Positions 25,343-38,486 of a stretch of 64,000 bases of DNA are shown here, piece after piece. This DNA comes from Podarcis vaucheri (Eukaryota), in the NCBI GenBank assembly GCA_965113315.1, contig OZ220368.1; one strand, written 5' to 3'. The stretch's first letter is position 1. Every line of letters begins with the position of its first letter. The position numbers and the translations under genes were made by a program. A model generated the notes under the pieces. That model was not told the origin of the DNA, did no database searches, and worked only from the letters and a program-made list of their open reading frames with translations.

Positions 25343-28300
25343 AGCCACAACTTGTAACACACACCTCACAGCAGACCCACTGCCCCCTCTTTCCCCTGTT
25401 TTAGGGTTCCACCTTAAAAAGAATACCCCCCCCCAGTTCTGCATAACACCAGTTCTCTGGCTCTGTCTTCATTAACTTTGCCCGTGCTACACATATTCTA
25501 CTCGTTGTCATTATGGCTTAGTTTCAGCTGAGACAAGGATTTATATTGAGTGTATGCTTTGCATGCTCATGCAAGTAATCTTTCGGGAGTCTTTATAGCA
25601 CATTAGAGAGATGTTGCTGCTGTTGCTGTTCTTGTAATTTTCTGTACTACTATAATAAATTTCCTTGAGAAATAAATGAAGTGAACATGAAAAGGAGCTG
25701 ATTATAAAGTTTACAGAGTCCTGGACTGAAAAATAGGGAATCAGGTAGAAGACCTATAGGTAGCACAAGCTGACATCAAAACACTTCAAAATTCATGCTA
25801 ATTTGAAGGCTAGTTCCCGGTGAAATATATATAATGTGGGGTTTTTTATATTTTATGGGAAAAACACCACCTCAGATTTTCTGGCCACTCATCTGTCTGT
25901 CTGTGAACCTCCTGTAGCCTCCTCTGAAACCCCTGGTCTGACTCTTGTCTTGGCTATGTAAACTTTTTTGGAGCAGGGGCTATAGCTTAACTCAATCCAA
26001 AGTGTTGATCAATTGAAAATGTCAGTGTGAATTTAAGCAAATCAATAGCAGCTATTTTTACATGCCAAGGTCCCGATCCAATTGCAGTTTTGGGCAACTA
26101 TTAATGTGTAACAAATGGTGGACCTTGATAGCGATTCATTTGCATCAAAAGGCACTTTGAGCCTCTTGGAGGAGCATGATGCCTCCTTTGCTAAATTAAA
26201 GTGTAAGAGAGGTGGGAACCTAGACTAATAGAATGCATAGGTATCGAGAGAAGTAAGGATATGAGCTGTATCTGGCACAGCTATTTCTCTTTAAAAACAC
26301 GCAAATGAATTCAGAAAACATTTGGTCTACTGAGAACTCTGGGAAAGTGTTAGTTGATTTGCACCTTCCTTGAACTCTATTTACTGCTGGGGGTTTCAGG
26401 ACAGATTACAGTATAAAAACAAATCAGAAACAGTACAAGAGCAGCCTCTCAGTAACCTAAAAATATATCAAAATCTAACTGGATGTTACTGCACTGACAA
26501 ATATTTAGATTCAAGACAAATAAGGTTTCACCTGGTGTTTCATAGGCATTGGGAACAGAACCAATGTTATCAGGGGTTATTGCTTACCATAACTTGAACC
26601 TCTACCAGCAGCTCATGTTGCATATTGATTTGCCTTTAGGCTAATGCTGCATGCAATACTCCCAACTTAATTGAACTTTGAGTAGCTAAAACTGCATTTG
26701 TTTACATTTGTCCCTTGTCATGGAATCCCCACTTTCCTTTACTCCCTTCTGTTTCTGCTGTCTCCCACATTATCAAATTTAGTATGTGATGCAGTCAAAG
26801 TCAAACACCTTAAAGTGCCATATTTCCATGGGAGATATAGGCATACATGCAACTTTTGAGTTGGAGTAGTCTTCCATTATGTTTGATAATTGTATAATGA
26901 GTAGAAAGAAGGGAGTTGCATTCTGAGGGATGGTGGTGTTCTGAAATGAGAGGCAATTCAATGAAATCAGGGGTTTATACAACAGTATTTGTTAGATCTT
27001 GTGGAACCTTCAGCAGTTGCACTAGGAGCAAGGATGTAGTGTTAAGATAATCCCAAGAGGTTTCCAAATGACATCTAGTCAAAACAATGTAATGCCCCTA
27101 CATTCAAAGCAAGCTACCAGAAAGAGTGCCAGAGGCTGGCAAGTTTACCTTTGCATATGTGCCAAAGCTACAAAACTACTGAAGGACCCACCAGTCCCCA
27201 AACTATTCTTGTATTTCACTAAGTACTTGAGACAGACAGAGGTAGCATTGGACAATTATTACTCTGCAGGAACCCACTTCCAGGTGGGGGAGGATGGAGG
27301 GACAGGATATTGATGCTAACTTGCCTAAAGGTTGCCCAAATCATGTAACCTTTAGTACACCATTGTAGATTTAGGATGCACCCTAACTTTAGAAGATGAA
27401 GGTGATTTTGCATGCTTGCTGGAAGATGAGAGGAAATGCACAGGGTGGAACTGGCAAATAGCCAATAAACAAGGCACAAATGGAAATACATTTGCATAAA
27501 GCACACAACATCAAATAATGAACACATCAAATCAAAGCTTGTTCTTGATAATCCACTAATGGAGAGCTAGGCAAGATGCGTTTAATGAAATGTTTGCTCT
27601 GAATAGCTCACTCTGCTCCAGAGACTTCCACTGCAAGACTATAGAAGTTGATGAATTCTAATTGGATAATTGCATTTCACCTACCTGAAAATCCATTCTT
27701 GTTTCTACTTCTCAATTAAGCTCCTGTTTTTTTGCACCCACCCTGCACTGCAAATGCACCTTCAAGCACGAGGAAGGCTGCACTATATTGGCCCAGTGGC
27801 GCAGATAATATTTCCCATGTTCAACAATGGGTGTGCCCCCTTGGCTCATATACTAGTCCACTTCCCTCATCTCTCCTACTTAAAAGTCCTTCTCCCTTTC
27901 CCTTTCCAGTATATACTGGCGTTAGCATTATTTCTACACTGAGGTTAACACTTAACCATAGTTAGCTTTAATGATGGTTTACAAACCTGCTTTAAAGCTC
28001 CAGTTTAAAGCTAACCATGGTTTGCATTATATTTGAAGAATACTATGTTTGTGACTTTGTAACATGTTACATCTGCATGGCTTGGTGAACCACTTGGTAA
28101 GCAGACCTTTCCTTAGGAGCTTCTCTGTGTGGGCAACCTTGGGACACAATTTCATATGGTCCTTGGCCTAATTTCATGTGAATGACAAGGAGGAATCTGG
28201 AGAATAGTGAAAGCTTTATCCCTGCCAATATTAGGCTTGGGCTCCTTCCAGGCTTTGGTCACATCCATATACATTGAAAGCACAATTTTACCACTTTTAA

Positions 28301-28762
28301 GTGTCATGGCTTCCCACAAAGGATCCTGGGAACTGTAGTTCATTGAGGGTGCTGGGAATTGTGCCTCTGTCAGGTGTCCCCATCCTAATGCCTCTCAGCA
28401 CCCTTAACAAATTACCATGACTTATGCCACATTAAATATGGTGTGTGACCTTTGTCAATGCCTTCCCATGGCTTCCATTCTGTTCAGTGTTTGTATGTGA
28501 CAACCACCCCCCAAGTAGATTACCCCCTCTCCCAAGTGACTGCAAACCCTCAACAGGGGGGAAACCACACATTTCCCACTCCTGCTCTATTGGAAAAATG
28601 AACAAGTAGCACTGTATTATTGGAGCAATCCAGAAAAAGATTTGCTACATAGATTTGTCTCCTACAGTTCAAACGAACTTTGTCACATTTCTTAGTATTG
28701 GGTTTTGAATGGTTAGATAATAGATAGTAAACCAGAACACCCACAGTTAGGGTTTTGTAGAG

Positions 28763-28892
28763 CATGGAGAGGGAAACTGTGCCCTTCCAGATGTTGGTGG
28801 ACTACAATTCCCATCATTCCAGACCACTGGCCATGCTGGCTGGGGCTGTTGGCAGTGGAAGACCAGCAACACCTGGAGGTTCCCTAAGCCTG
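28763..28892. mobile_element. Hairpin hAT-type MITE, diverged
   Basis: ccagatgttggtggactacaattcccatc...caacacctgga arms. Confidence 0.65.
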
Positions 28893-29375
28893 TTACAGAA
28901 AGTCACAGCTCAACATATTAATTAAAATTGCTAGGGTCTAGGAAAGAGCAATGCAACGAAATAAACGTACATGCACAATTCTTCTCACCTTTCTGTTTTC
29001 AATATGCCTTTAGAACCCAGCCACTGGTGATACAGCTCATCATACTTTAGTTGATTGTAGCTGACAAGGTGCATATATGTGCTATCTTAGTTAAAGGTTT
29101 CTCCAGGCATTAGCAGAAGGAAAGGGAGAGGGCACTACACATACGCAGAATGTTGAAACGAAAGAAATTGCACAGCCAATTTGCTACCTTTTGATTGCTT
29201 TCATTAAACTTCAGGCTGAAGGAGTTTTGAGACCTTGCAGAAAGGTTTCTCTTCTTTTTTTTTTAAAAAAAGTGCTGAGGGACTGCACACATTGGCACAG
29301 AGAAGCGCAGGCAGCAAAGGGTGGGGGGAAGGGGGGGAGGAGGAGGAGGAGGGCAGATGTAGGGCAGTTACTTAC

Positions 29376-29513
29376 ATTGACAACCCTGGTTGTGCCAGTT
29401 ATATCCCCGCAGACACTTATCACACTTAGGCCCTGTTGCTCCCTGCTTACACTCACAAATTCCTCTTTCATTACAGCGATCATGGACTGAGCCAAAACGG
29501 CTACAGTTACATT
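29376..29513 (-). CDS. NTNG1: Netrin-G1 laminin-type EGF (LE) exon (exon 9 equivalent), 138 nt, phase 1-1
   Basis: ttgtttctgcag|AATGTAAC...TGTCAAT|gtaagt, encoding [46 protein letters not shown]. Eight-Cys LE pattern, in frame with the flanking exons. Confidence 0.96.
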
Positions 29514-29671
29514 CTGCAGAAACAAGACAACACATATGAACTTGGTAGAGGGGTACAAGATTAAAAGTCATTCATTACTGATAGGGGTAACAGCGGCCAA
29601 GTTTAACCATAAAGGAAGATGGTTTGATAACGGCAGACTGCTGGAAAGTCCACTTGCTCATTGGTTTAGAA

Positions 29672-29810
29672 TGGGGTTTCCCAAACTTGGGTCTTCAGCT
29701 GTTTTTTTTGGACTACAATTCCCATCATCCCTGACCGCTGATCCTGTTAGCTAGGGATGATGGGAGTTGTAGTCCAAAAATAGCTGGCGATCCAAGTTTG
29801 GGAAGCACTG
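29672..29810. mobile_element. Hairpin hAT-type MITE
   Basis: Long inverted arms cccaaacttgg..ttttggactacaattcccatcatccct / agggatgatgggagttgtagtccaaaaa..ccaagtttggg. Confidence 0.85.
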
Positions 29811-30189
29811 AGAGTATCAGTGTTCAACTAATGCAAAGGGATCCATAACTGAGTCATATCCCCAATCCAAGGTGGATCCCAGCAATGACTCTATTACAAC
29901 ACACCACAAAATTCTTTTTTTGGGGGGGTTTACTTTAAAAAAAGAAAATGACAAAGGAGAAGTGAGAAATATATGATAAAAAGATTGAAAGTGGGTCCTG
30001 TGTTGCAGTTTTTTATTAAAGGTGGGTCCCTGCTTGAACTACTGAAGACTACTGCTATACATTTAGGGTGGTTATTCAGTTAAGCAGTTCTACTAGTGTA
30101 ATTGACTTTTGCTGTGCAATGAAACTTTGCTCCCTCCATTTATCCTGAGGCTTTCTGAGGTCTTCTCCAGCCCTCCAGAAGGGTCTCAG

Positions 30190-30330
30190 TATGTCCTTTG
30201 CATGCAGAGGGTCCTAAATTCAATCCCTGGCATCTCTAGGTAGAGCTAGGAGAGACCTTCTGCCTTGAAAATGGCAGAGAGCCACTACCAGGCAGTAAGC
30301 AAGCTGGACTAACTGTCTTGCTTCCTAGAT
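30190..30330 (+). mobile_element. Squam2-like SINE fragment
   Basis: ttgcatgcagagggtcc..ttcaatccctggcatctc motif. Confidence 0.55.
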
Positions 30331-32258
30331 TCCAAAAGTACTTGCATTAGTGGAACTGTTTAGTTGGGATACCACCCTTAATGGCACATTTCCATGGTGG
30401 TATGAGCAGAAAATTAGCAGAAATAAAGCGAAGAATGAAGTCCTCAGAAGTAACTAACGGTGACAGCACTTACAACTTGTTCTTTGCGTTTTTATATCAT
30501 TTTAATGAACGTTAAGACAGCTTGCTATTTCAGGAAACATCAATAGACCATCAAGTTAAAGCTCGCTTTAAATTATTAAAATAGGTAAGACTCCACACTT
30601 GATGCTGAATATTTTCTAAATGGCAACATAAATGCACTTTACTAATTTCCAAGGCAGCCTTCCTTTATGTTTATGGGCATCAGCTTAATTTATTCATGGC
30701 ATTTTAGTGACTGGAGTTTACAGGCTGTATTTTTTTTCTCCTGCAATGTTAGTACACCTTTTAAGTTATGCCACAATATCCTACTTAAGAGAACTCAATG
30801 GGCAGCAGATGAATGAGAGTGTCCCAGAGCCTTGGCCAATAATAACTTAAACCCAAGCCTGTCATTTTTGTTACCACATTGAATGTAAAAACATACAGAT
30901 GTGAAATGCACAAACTTTGACCATATGAATTTTTGTGATAAGGTGTCTCTTATAATCAGTTTTATTGAACCTATTTTGTTTTCATATTTTATTTCTAGGA
31001 AATGTATGTTCTCATCTCGCACCCCTATTGGTTCTAAATCTCTGGAGTGCTTTGTTGCAGGAAGGGTGGGGGTGCTGCTGTAATAATGGCAGGCCAGATT
31101 ACCACTGACACTCCCCCAAGTAGGCTGCTGGCAAGTCTATACATGCAGTGCAGTCACACTCTGTTCATGTTTTTTTTCTTTCCTGGTTGGCAACTGGGGA
31201 GTCAGATTTGGCCTGGGGCTTCAGTGTATACATGCTGGGGGTGTTTAAGCAGAGGCTGGTTGCTGCCTCTGATTAGTTGACCAACTAGGTATCTTCCAAT
31301 TGTATGGTTCTATTGCAAATCATTATTTTTCATATATATATAAATCAGGTTGTCAATGTCTGGAATGCTATGTGATTTGCATCTTCCCTATATATCCTTG
31401 CCTTGTTTATCTTCTTGTTTGCACTTCTGGTAGTTCCTTGAGGATCTGATTTTGATTGCAGATACACTTGTGTAGATAGAATTGAGACTTCAAGTTAATA
31501 ATAACTTTCCCAACACCCCTGATATCTGCTATCAAATGCAAAGAGTGCGAGTATTTCTTTTTGAATTTAGAGACCATGCTGGGTGAACAGCTCTATTTTT
31601 TCTTTTAATCATTCCATTTAGATTTGTTCCCTGGGATTTCATTATGAATCCGTGAGATCAGAAATGACAAAACAGGAGGGGGAAACTGAGAATATTTTAA
31701 CATGGCAAATAGAAATGGGGGGTGGGGGAGGAGAAGCTTAAGGGGAAAATGTTTTGAGTAGCAAATATTGCATCTATTGCTCAGGATTTCAATCCTTACA
31801 AATTGCAAATGGCATTTCCAAAGGAACGTAGGCTAGTGCTATTGGTGGTGGTTTGGAAAAATGTGCCAATTGAAATAATGATAATCCTGTCAGTTGGTTA
31901 TCTGCAATACATTAACAAAGTTACTGAGAATTTTGCCCTTGGCAAAGGCATCCAACCATGTGGTATGTCACAGGAGAAAAAAGGGACAATTCCGAATGAA
32001 ATTGATATTCAGAACTTACTTTTAAACGGCTTCAGAACCAAGGTTGTCAGAGGTGGATGAAGGGATTTTAAGTCAGATGTTTACATGGAAATAAGAGCTG
32101 ATTGGCCTTTACCTCGTTTAACAAATGGAGGGAGAAATTCTGTCATTGCTAAAGTCAACAAAAGTTTGGCATTGACTTCAATGGTGTTAGTATTTCACCT
32201 TGGATTCAGCTACATTGGCAAAGAAAGAGCATTTTTTATGTGTTGTAGTCTAACACTG

Positions 32259-32277
32259 TGACACCAGATGGCGATGT
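32259..32277 (+). promoter_or_regulatory. Candidate CTCF site
   Basis: tgacaccagatggcgatgt resembles the CTCF core CCACCAGATGGCGC; motif evidence only. Confidence 0.45.
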
Positions 32278-33257
32278 GGAGTTCCTTTTTTGCCAACCCG
32301 ATTTCTCAAAGTTTACAACGCATTTAACTGAAACGCTTCTTTGACATGTCTAGATCCAGCCCCAGGCAGATTTCACTCGTGCAAAGTGAGTTATGTGCCA
32401 AGAAAGTATTAAGGACTGGACATGCTGCCCACATATATAGCATGGCTGATCATTCCTGAACTGTCAAATGAGGCCTCTTAGTGTGACACAAGATACCTTC
32501 CTGTGCAGCAGAAGAAATCAATCACACAACTAATTGCTCCTATGCACCTTCAAATGCTGCTTGCACATTTTGCTGTTCTGGCTTTGCGGAGAAACGCAAA
32601 CCAAATTATCTGTGCTGAGGCTGCCCACTGCATCTCCATATAAATTACTGTTCTGGGGTTGCCCCTTTGCAGCCAGGAGGTACCCCCCCCCCCCGAACAT
32701 TAACCTACACACCGCTGCAGCAAGTCATGTGATATGGCAAGAGGAAAGTGTGAGCACAATCCGGGGACGATGACAATGCTGTGGCTATAAATCTGTTGCA
32801 ACCTGTTTCATACTAATGCTTTCCCCATGAATGCAAACATGCACATAGATAGGATCAGGATCATGGATCTTCTGTGCACGACTGTAAGTGCAGAAGCCAA
32901 TGAGAAACAGCTAAATACATTCACTCGACGGGCCTAATCAGAATGCAAAAACCCAGGTACCACAGGAACCTAAAAAAAAAATTGCTTCTGTTGCTTAGGT
33001 TGCTGAAGACAGCAAGGAGGAAGTTTCTCCATCATTGAAGGGTGCTGATTTTTGTGGGAGCTGGGCCAACATCTCCATATGTTCAAGAAAGGGGGCCCCA
33101 AGCTATGATTTCCAGATAGAGTTGAGCCCTGGCACTTCTCAATAAAACACTGTCTGGAAGACCAGGTTCCTGCCACTGGTGCACTCCAAGTGTCTATCTC
33201 TCCTTCCTTCCAAGACGGCTTTTTCAAAGTCCAGCCAGTTCTTTAGCTTTACAAATA

Positions 33258-33573
33258 CAGTGGTGCCCCGCAAGACGAATGCCTCGCAAGACGGAAAACT
33301 CGCTAGACGAAAGAGTTTTCCGTTTTGGAGGTGCTTCGCAAAACGAATCTCCTATGGGCTTGCTTCGCAAGACGACAATGTCTTGCGAGTACCTGCTGGT
33401 TTTTTTCCTTCCCCCCTTTTTTCTAAGCCGCTAAGCCGCTTATCAGCTGATCCGATAAGCAGATAAGCCGCTAATAGCGCTAATCCGTCAATGGGCTTGC
33501 TTCGCAAGACGAAAAAACCGCTAGACGAAGAGAATCACAGAACGGATTCTTTTCGTCTTGCGAGGCACCACTG
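33258..33573. mobile_element. Tc1/mariner (Tigger/pogo-like) MITE, young
   Basis: 22-bp TIRs CAGTGGTGCCYCGCAAGACGAA (21/22 match), TA on both sides (33256-33257, 33574-33575), repeated internal CGCAAGACG motifs, CpG-rich. Confidence 0.92.
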
Positions 33574-36500
33574 TAGTTAGGTTCCCTGCTGGCCTTGATC
33601 CGAAACTCTTACATAGGCAATTGGTTGCCTTCCTGCTTCAGAGAGCTGCTCTAAATGAGCCCCCTCAGACTCTACCAGCTGGGGTACTGGTGCCCTTTTC
33701 TCCTGCCCGTTTCCAGTTCAAAAGGAGGAAACTATGAGGTGCCTTCCTCACAGATCTCTGAAGCCAGGCACATGCCTCTGATATCAGAAAGATAATTCCT
33801 TGTCTCTATCAAGCGCTAATTAGCAGATGATGCTCTGCTTAAAAGACCTGCGCTTGTCGGATGTGTTAATTGTATTGAGCAGGGCAGTATGAGCGGCTGT
33901 CTTGTTACTTGTCATACACACGTAGTTAGTATTAGTGCAGCGTAATTAAGTTCAAAGGAATCAATCTTTTCGTTTCACTTAGCACCAAATGACTTGAAAA
34001 GGGATGTGAGCGTTATATTGTATGTCCATGCATGTTTCTGGATGCTGTAATCATTTATGAAATAAGGTATTTGAAACTTTGTGCATGAGAGCAAAATAAG
34101 TTGTGATTGACACCTCACTCTATCCTGATTATTTAAAAAAATTAGATTAACGTGGATCTGTTGTATTTCTATTGCACAAAATATACTTTAAATTGCTAAA
34201 ATAAAATAAAAAAATCTCTCTGTATAAATGATAGAAGGCATTGTGGTGGGTAGAGGAAATTCTAATCCAAGCACAAAAGTTTGTTTGTTTAAGTAATACA
34301 ATACAGGGGTCTTAGATGTGCAATTAAAAAACAACATAGAACCTCCTCAGCAGATCATGGTTTTAAGACAATTTGGTAGCTAATGACCATAGAGTGAGGC
34401 TATATTTATGATAAATGTTGATCTGGGAAATTGACAATGATGCTCCCTAAACAATGTCTGAAGGAAATGGTTGTTGCTGTAGTGTAACATTTTTTTTTGA
34501 GACTATGCAGTATATTGTACTTGACTAATGATGTTCTATTTGAAGGAAGGAATTGGCAAACAAGTACCATCTATAGTTTATGTGCACAGAATCGTGCATT
34601 GGCAAGGAGCTGGAGTTGATAGCTGATTAGGAAAACACATTTAACTTCATGACCTTATGGCAGTCTTGCAGAATTTGTAACCCAACAATGCATGACAGCC
34701 TACTATGGACAAAAATGTGGGATAATAAAGTAAAAAACAGTATCAACAGCAACAATTATAATAATGCTGTGCTGCAAAAATAAAAAAAAATAGGGCTATC
34801 AATCCCCTGGCAGCCTACAATACAGAACTGGTAGGCTGAATTTGGTTTGGTCAGTCCAATTTATGAACTATATTCTGGTCTAAAGGGCTGGTTTAGGATT
34901 TATTTCCTACATGGACAACTCTTCTGTGCAGGAAATTGCATGAACTCTATGTGTACATTATTACAGATCCTAAATACAGATTTTTCTTTTTCGTGTTCTA
35001 CGCACAGTTGGTACCCTGCTGAGTTGTGGTAAAAAAGCTAGGAGTGTGTTAACTGCAGGTGAGTTTCCTGCATGTGGATGGTGTGTGTTGAAAGTTCATC
35101 ACACCTGAAGTGGCCCTATTTTGTGAAATTCTCTACATTTGTATTTGGGCAAAGCTCAGTTTTCAGTAATCTTGATCTATGATTGAGGTTTTGTCTAAAG
35201 CATTGCAACCTGTGGAATCTAGTATGCATTGGGCTGTGTGAACAAACTTGTTCCGGGGGAATCTACTCTACAATGGAAAATAGCTGCCAATTTCCACCTT
35301 TTTGTGGTTTACAGGAGCGCATATTGTGGCATATTTTAAAATCATTCTTTTCATTATTTTGTGCAGCTGGTCTTTACGCCTGAGATTTTCCTGTGGTCAG
35401 TCTTACTTTGCTTTTGAACATTCCTGCGTATGTTTACACGTATCAATAAGGGAACAGAAACAAGGAGTACCAACATTGCTCTTGAATACATAGATGCTAA
35501 TAAAGTTTTCAGATTCTGTAGGTTTGAGCAGATTTCTCATTCATACAATGGAATTTACTGGAATTAAATCAGTTCCATATTCTGTGACTGCTCTATTACA
35601 GGGGCCTTCAACCAGTCCAAACTGAAGACACACTTTAAGAACATGGGATCCACTTTCACATTTTCACTTTTGATTTATATTTAATAGTGCTAGTATCTCA
35701 CCACATATCAAACCCTGGGGTATCAATAAAAGTGAACCAATATTTCCTATATTGTTGGTCAAACTTTTGAACCCTTTTAATAGTTGTACCCTGGTCTTTG
35801 ATTTCCGGGTAATTTTTTATTTCAGGGGCAGGGGCTGTGGTCAATATTGAGCAAGAGGACAAGCCAGCACAGTCATTCATGCTTGTGTTTTGTTACCAAA
35901 AAAGTATTTCTATCACTTCCAATAAAATGAGTCACCTCCTTTATTTCTCTATCCCTTGTTGCTGCCTTTTTCTTTCCCTACCTTCTGGCACTTTTTGGCC
36001 TCCATCACCTGCATTGCTTCTGTTTTCCTCTCCTCTCTTCTTCCATCTCCTCTTTGCCTCCTCCTTGCACTTTCTCAGTACTTTATCTGTTGTCACCACC
36101 TTTCACAATCTGTCTGTTTCCTCTTTCTCTCTGCACATGCCATTCTCTTCACCTTCTCAAACTTTCTTCCTTTTACTTCATTTTACCTGCCCTCTTGTTT
36201 TTGGCTTTTTCTTTCCTCACTTTCTTCCAGCTTGTGTCACCTTCTCTGCCACCTTTAATTCATTTCTCTGTGCCCTTTGTCCCCTTCCTAATGTCAACTT
36301 GCCTGAAATAAAAATGAGCAGGATTTCTCAGGGAGGTTCAACACCCTCAGAACCTAATACAGATATCAGGTGTTCTTTTTGTTGCCCCTGTGTTGGATGA
36401 TGATTTGAAGGAACTCCCCAGATTCTCCCTCACTGAATCAACGTAAGAGTTGTCATTTCAAAACAACAACCATTTCCCCCCTCTTAATTTGCAAAGTGTT

Positions 36501-38486
36501 GCCATCTTATAATTCTTTTTTAAAAATCAACTCAATAAAGCTAATTTGCATTCCAAATCAACCCTGACATACTAAAGTTGCATGCTTATTTGAGAATAAG
36601 TCCAATTAAAATAAATGGGCCTTACTTCTGAGTAGACATGCATTAGATCTGCATATTAATTTAAGATTAATGAATTAATCTGGAGAGCTGAGTCTCCGCT
36701 CCCTTTCCTTCTTTACTTTTTTTGTCAGCTTCAGTAGATGAATTCCCCCCCTCTCTCAGAACCACCTCCCTATCTGTCCTCTCCTTGTATCAATGTGCCT
36801 GAAATCAAATGTACACAGAATAAATCAAAATGCTTCAGTAACCTCACAACCTAATCTACACAGCAATTGTTTGCTGCTGTCCTCAGCCACTGAATAGGGA
36901 GTAAGTCCCATTTAACTAAATTGACCTTACTTCTAAGTATTATTGGCAGGCAGGGGGCAGGTGCATAAGAGGCCTGAGTGTGCAAGATGCCTGGCTGCCT
37001 AGTCAGTGTATAAAGCAAGAATTGCAGTGAATCCCTAGCCATGTCTACTCAGAAGGAAGCCCTGCTGAATTCAATGGGGCATATTCCCAGGTCAGCGGGA
37101 TCGGCATTGCAATCTTACTCCTGAATGAACAAATGATTTGACTGAAACTCTTCAATAATCCTGTGAGACCTGCTCTCCAGTAAACACATAGCAATCCAAA
37201 TCAGGCTGTAAAGTCACAATCCTATATGGGCACATTTTCTTGGCAGTAAAGCCCCACAACTGTATACTGGGGAGTGTCTTCAGAAAATCGGACTGCAAGT
37301 GACAGCAGTACAACACCTATGCACTAACTTTAAACTGAGAGTAAAAAGGAAAAAGGAAAGTCCTACCATAGCTGAACCCAAGTAGCTTTTACTCCCCAAG
37401 GAACCCTCCTCTGGAAATCTAGCTGCAGCAAGAGAAATCTACCCAGGCTCATAATCAAAGGTGATGGGGAACTATAAAAATCTCAAGGGGACTGGACCCA
37501 AAATAGAGGGCACCCCCAAAATTGAATATCTTAGGCATGGTTGCCCATTAAGCTCAAGTGGGATCCCCTACTGTTCCTGTCCAACCCTTCTACTCCAAGT
37601 CAAGTGTTCAGTGGAGTAGCAGTCCTTACTAGTGAGCAAACCCTCACATTTGAAGGCTTGCTCTCTAGAATTGGGGATGCCTGGATTCATTCCTGCCCTG
37701 AGTGAGTGCCCCACCGGTGCCATCAACAGAAACAATACCAGCCCCTCTTTTCTATGGAGAGGTATCCCATGGCTTCTGGGCATCCTGCCACAAGCCATTC
37801 TGGGGCCATGGAAAATGGGATGGATAGCCAGGCAGCATGTTCCCAGTAGGGAGTGGGGAGGAAATGGCAGTAAGGCTGGGAGGGGCAATGTGGGGAGGAA
37901 ACGCTCTTACATAAAGGGGGGGGGGGAGAGAGGAGCTGCACTCTCCATGCTTGGTTGAGGAGTCTTGCTTTGGTATGACCCACTTAGCATGGTCTTATGC
38001 CCACCTATGGGTCCTGAAGACCTGCACTCTATTATATGTACTGGGCTACATATGGGTGGGTGCTGTGATCTGTGAATCCTGTAATTTTTGATCCAATTAT
38101 ATAGATTCTCCAATGGAATCTCATGCTGGTGTTTCAATGGCTGTAATGGCGGGTTTTGGATGCATTGTTGGGAACTGGTGATTTCTTAGGGGTCTAGACC
38201 TAGAGCAATTGGCAATATCAAGGTGTGGTGTTTTTTTTTGAAGGGGGAAAATGTCTAAAATATTGAGGATGGCCATCACAACCCTGTGTAGTCCTTATTC
38301 AAACTAGACGCTTAAGGCTTAGAACAAATGCATGTAAGGTGTGCAGATTCTCCATTGAAAACGCTCACTCTGGCTCAGCTGGTACAACGAAGAGAAACGT
38401 TGGAAATGTCTCGCTTTTGTACTAAAGAGGTCTGAACAGCTGAAAAAAGGCAGAGAACGAAACGCCAGAATTAGAATGAAACTGAC

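Noticed and set aside
35837-36400. 187-aa hydrophobic plus-strand ORF as a membrane protein
   Set aside because: F/S/L richness follows from a pyrimidine-rich tract that is open in all three plus frames. No domain is recognisable.
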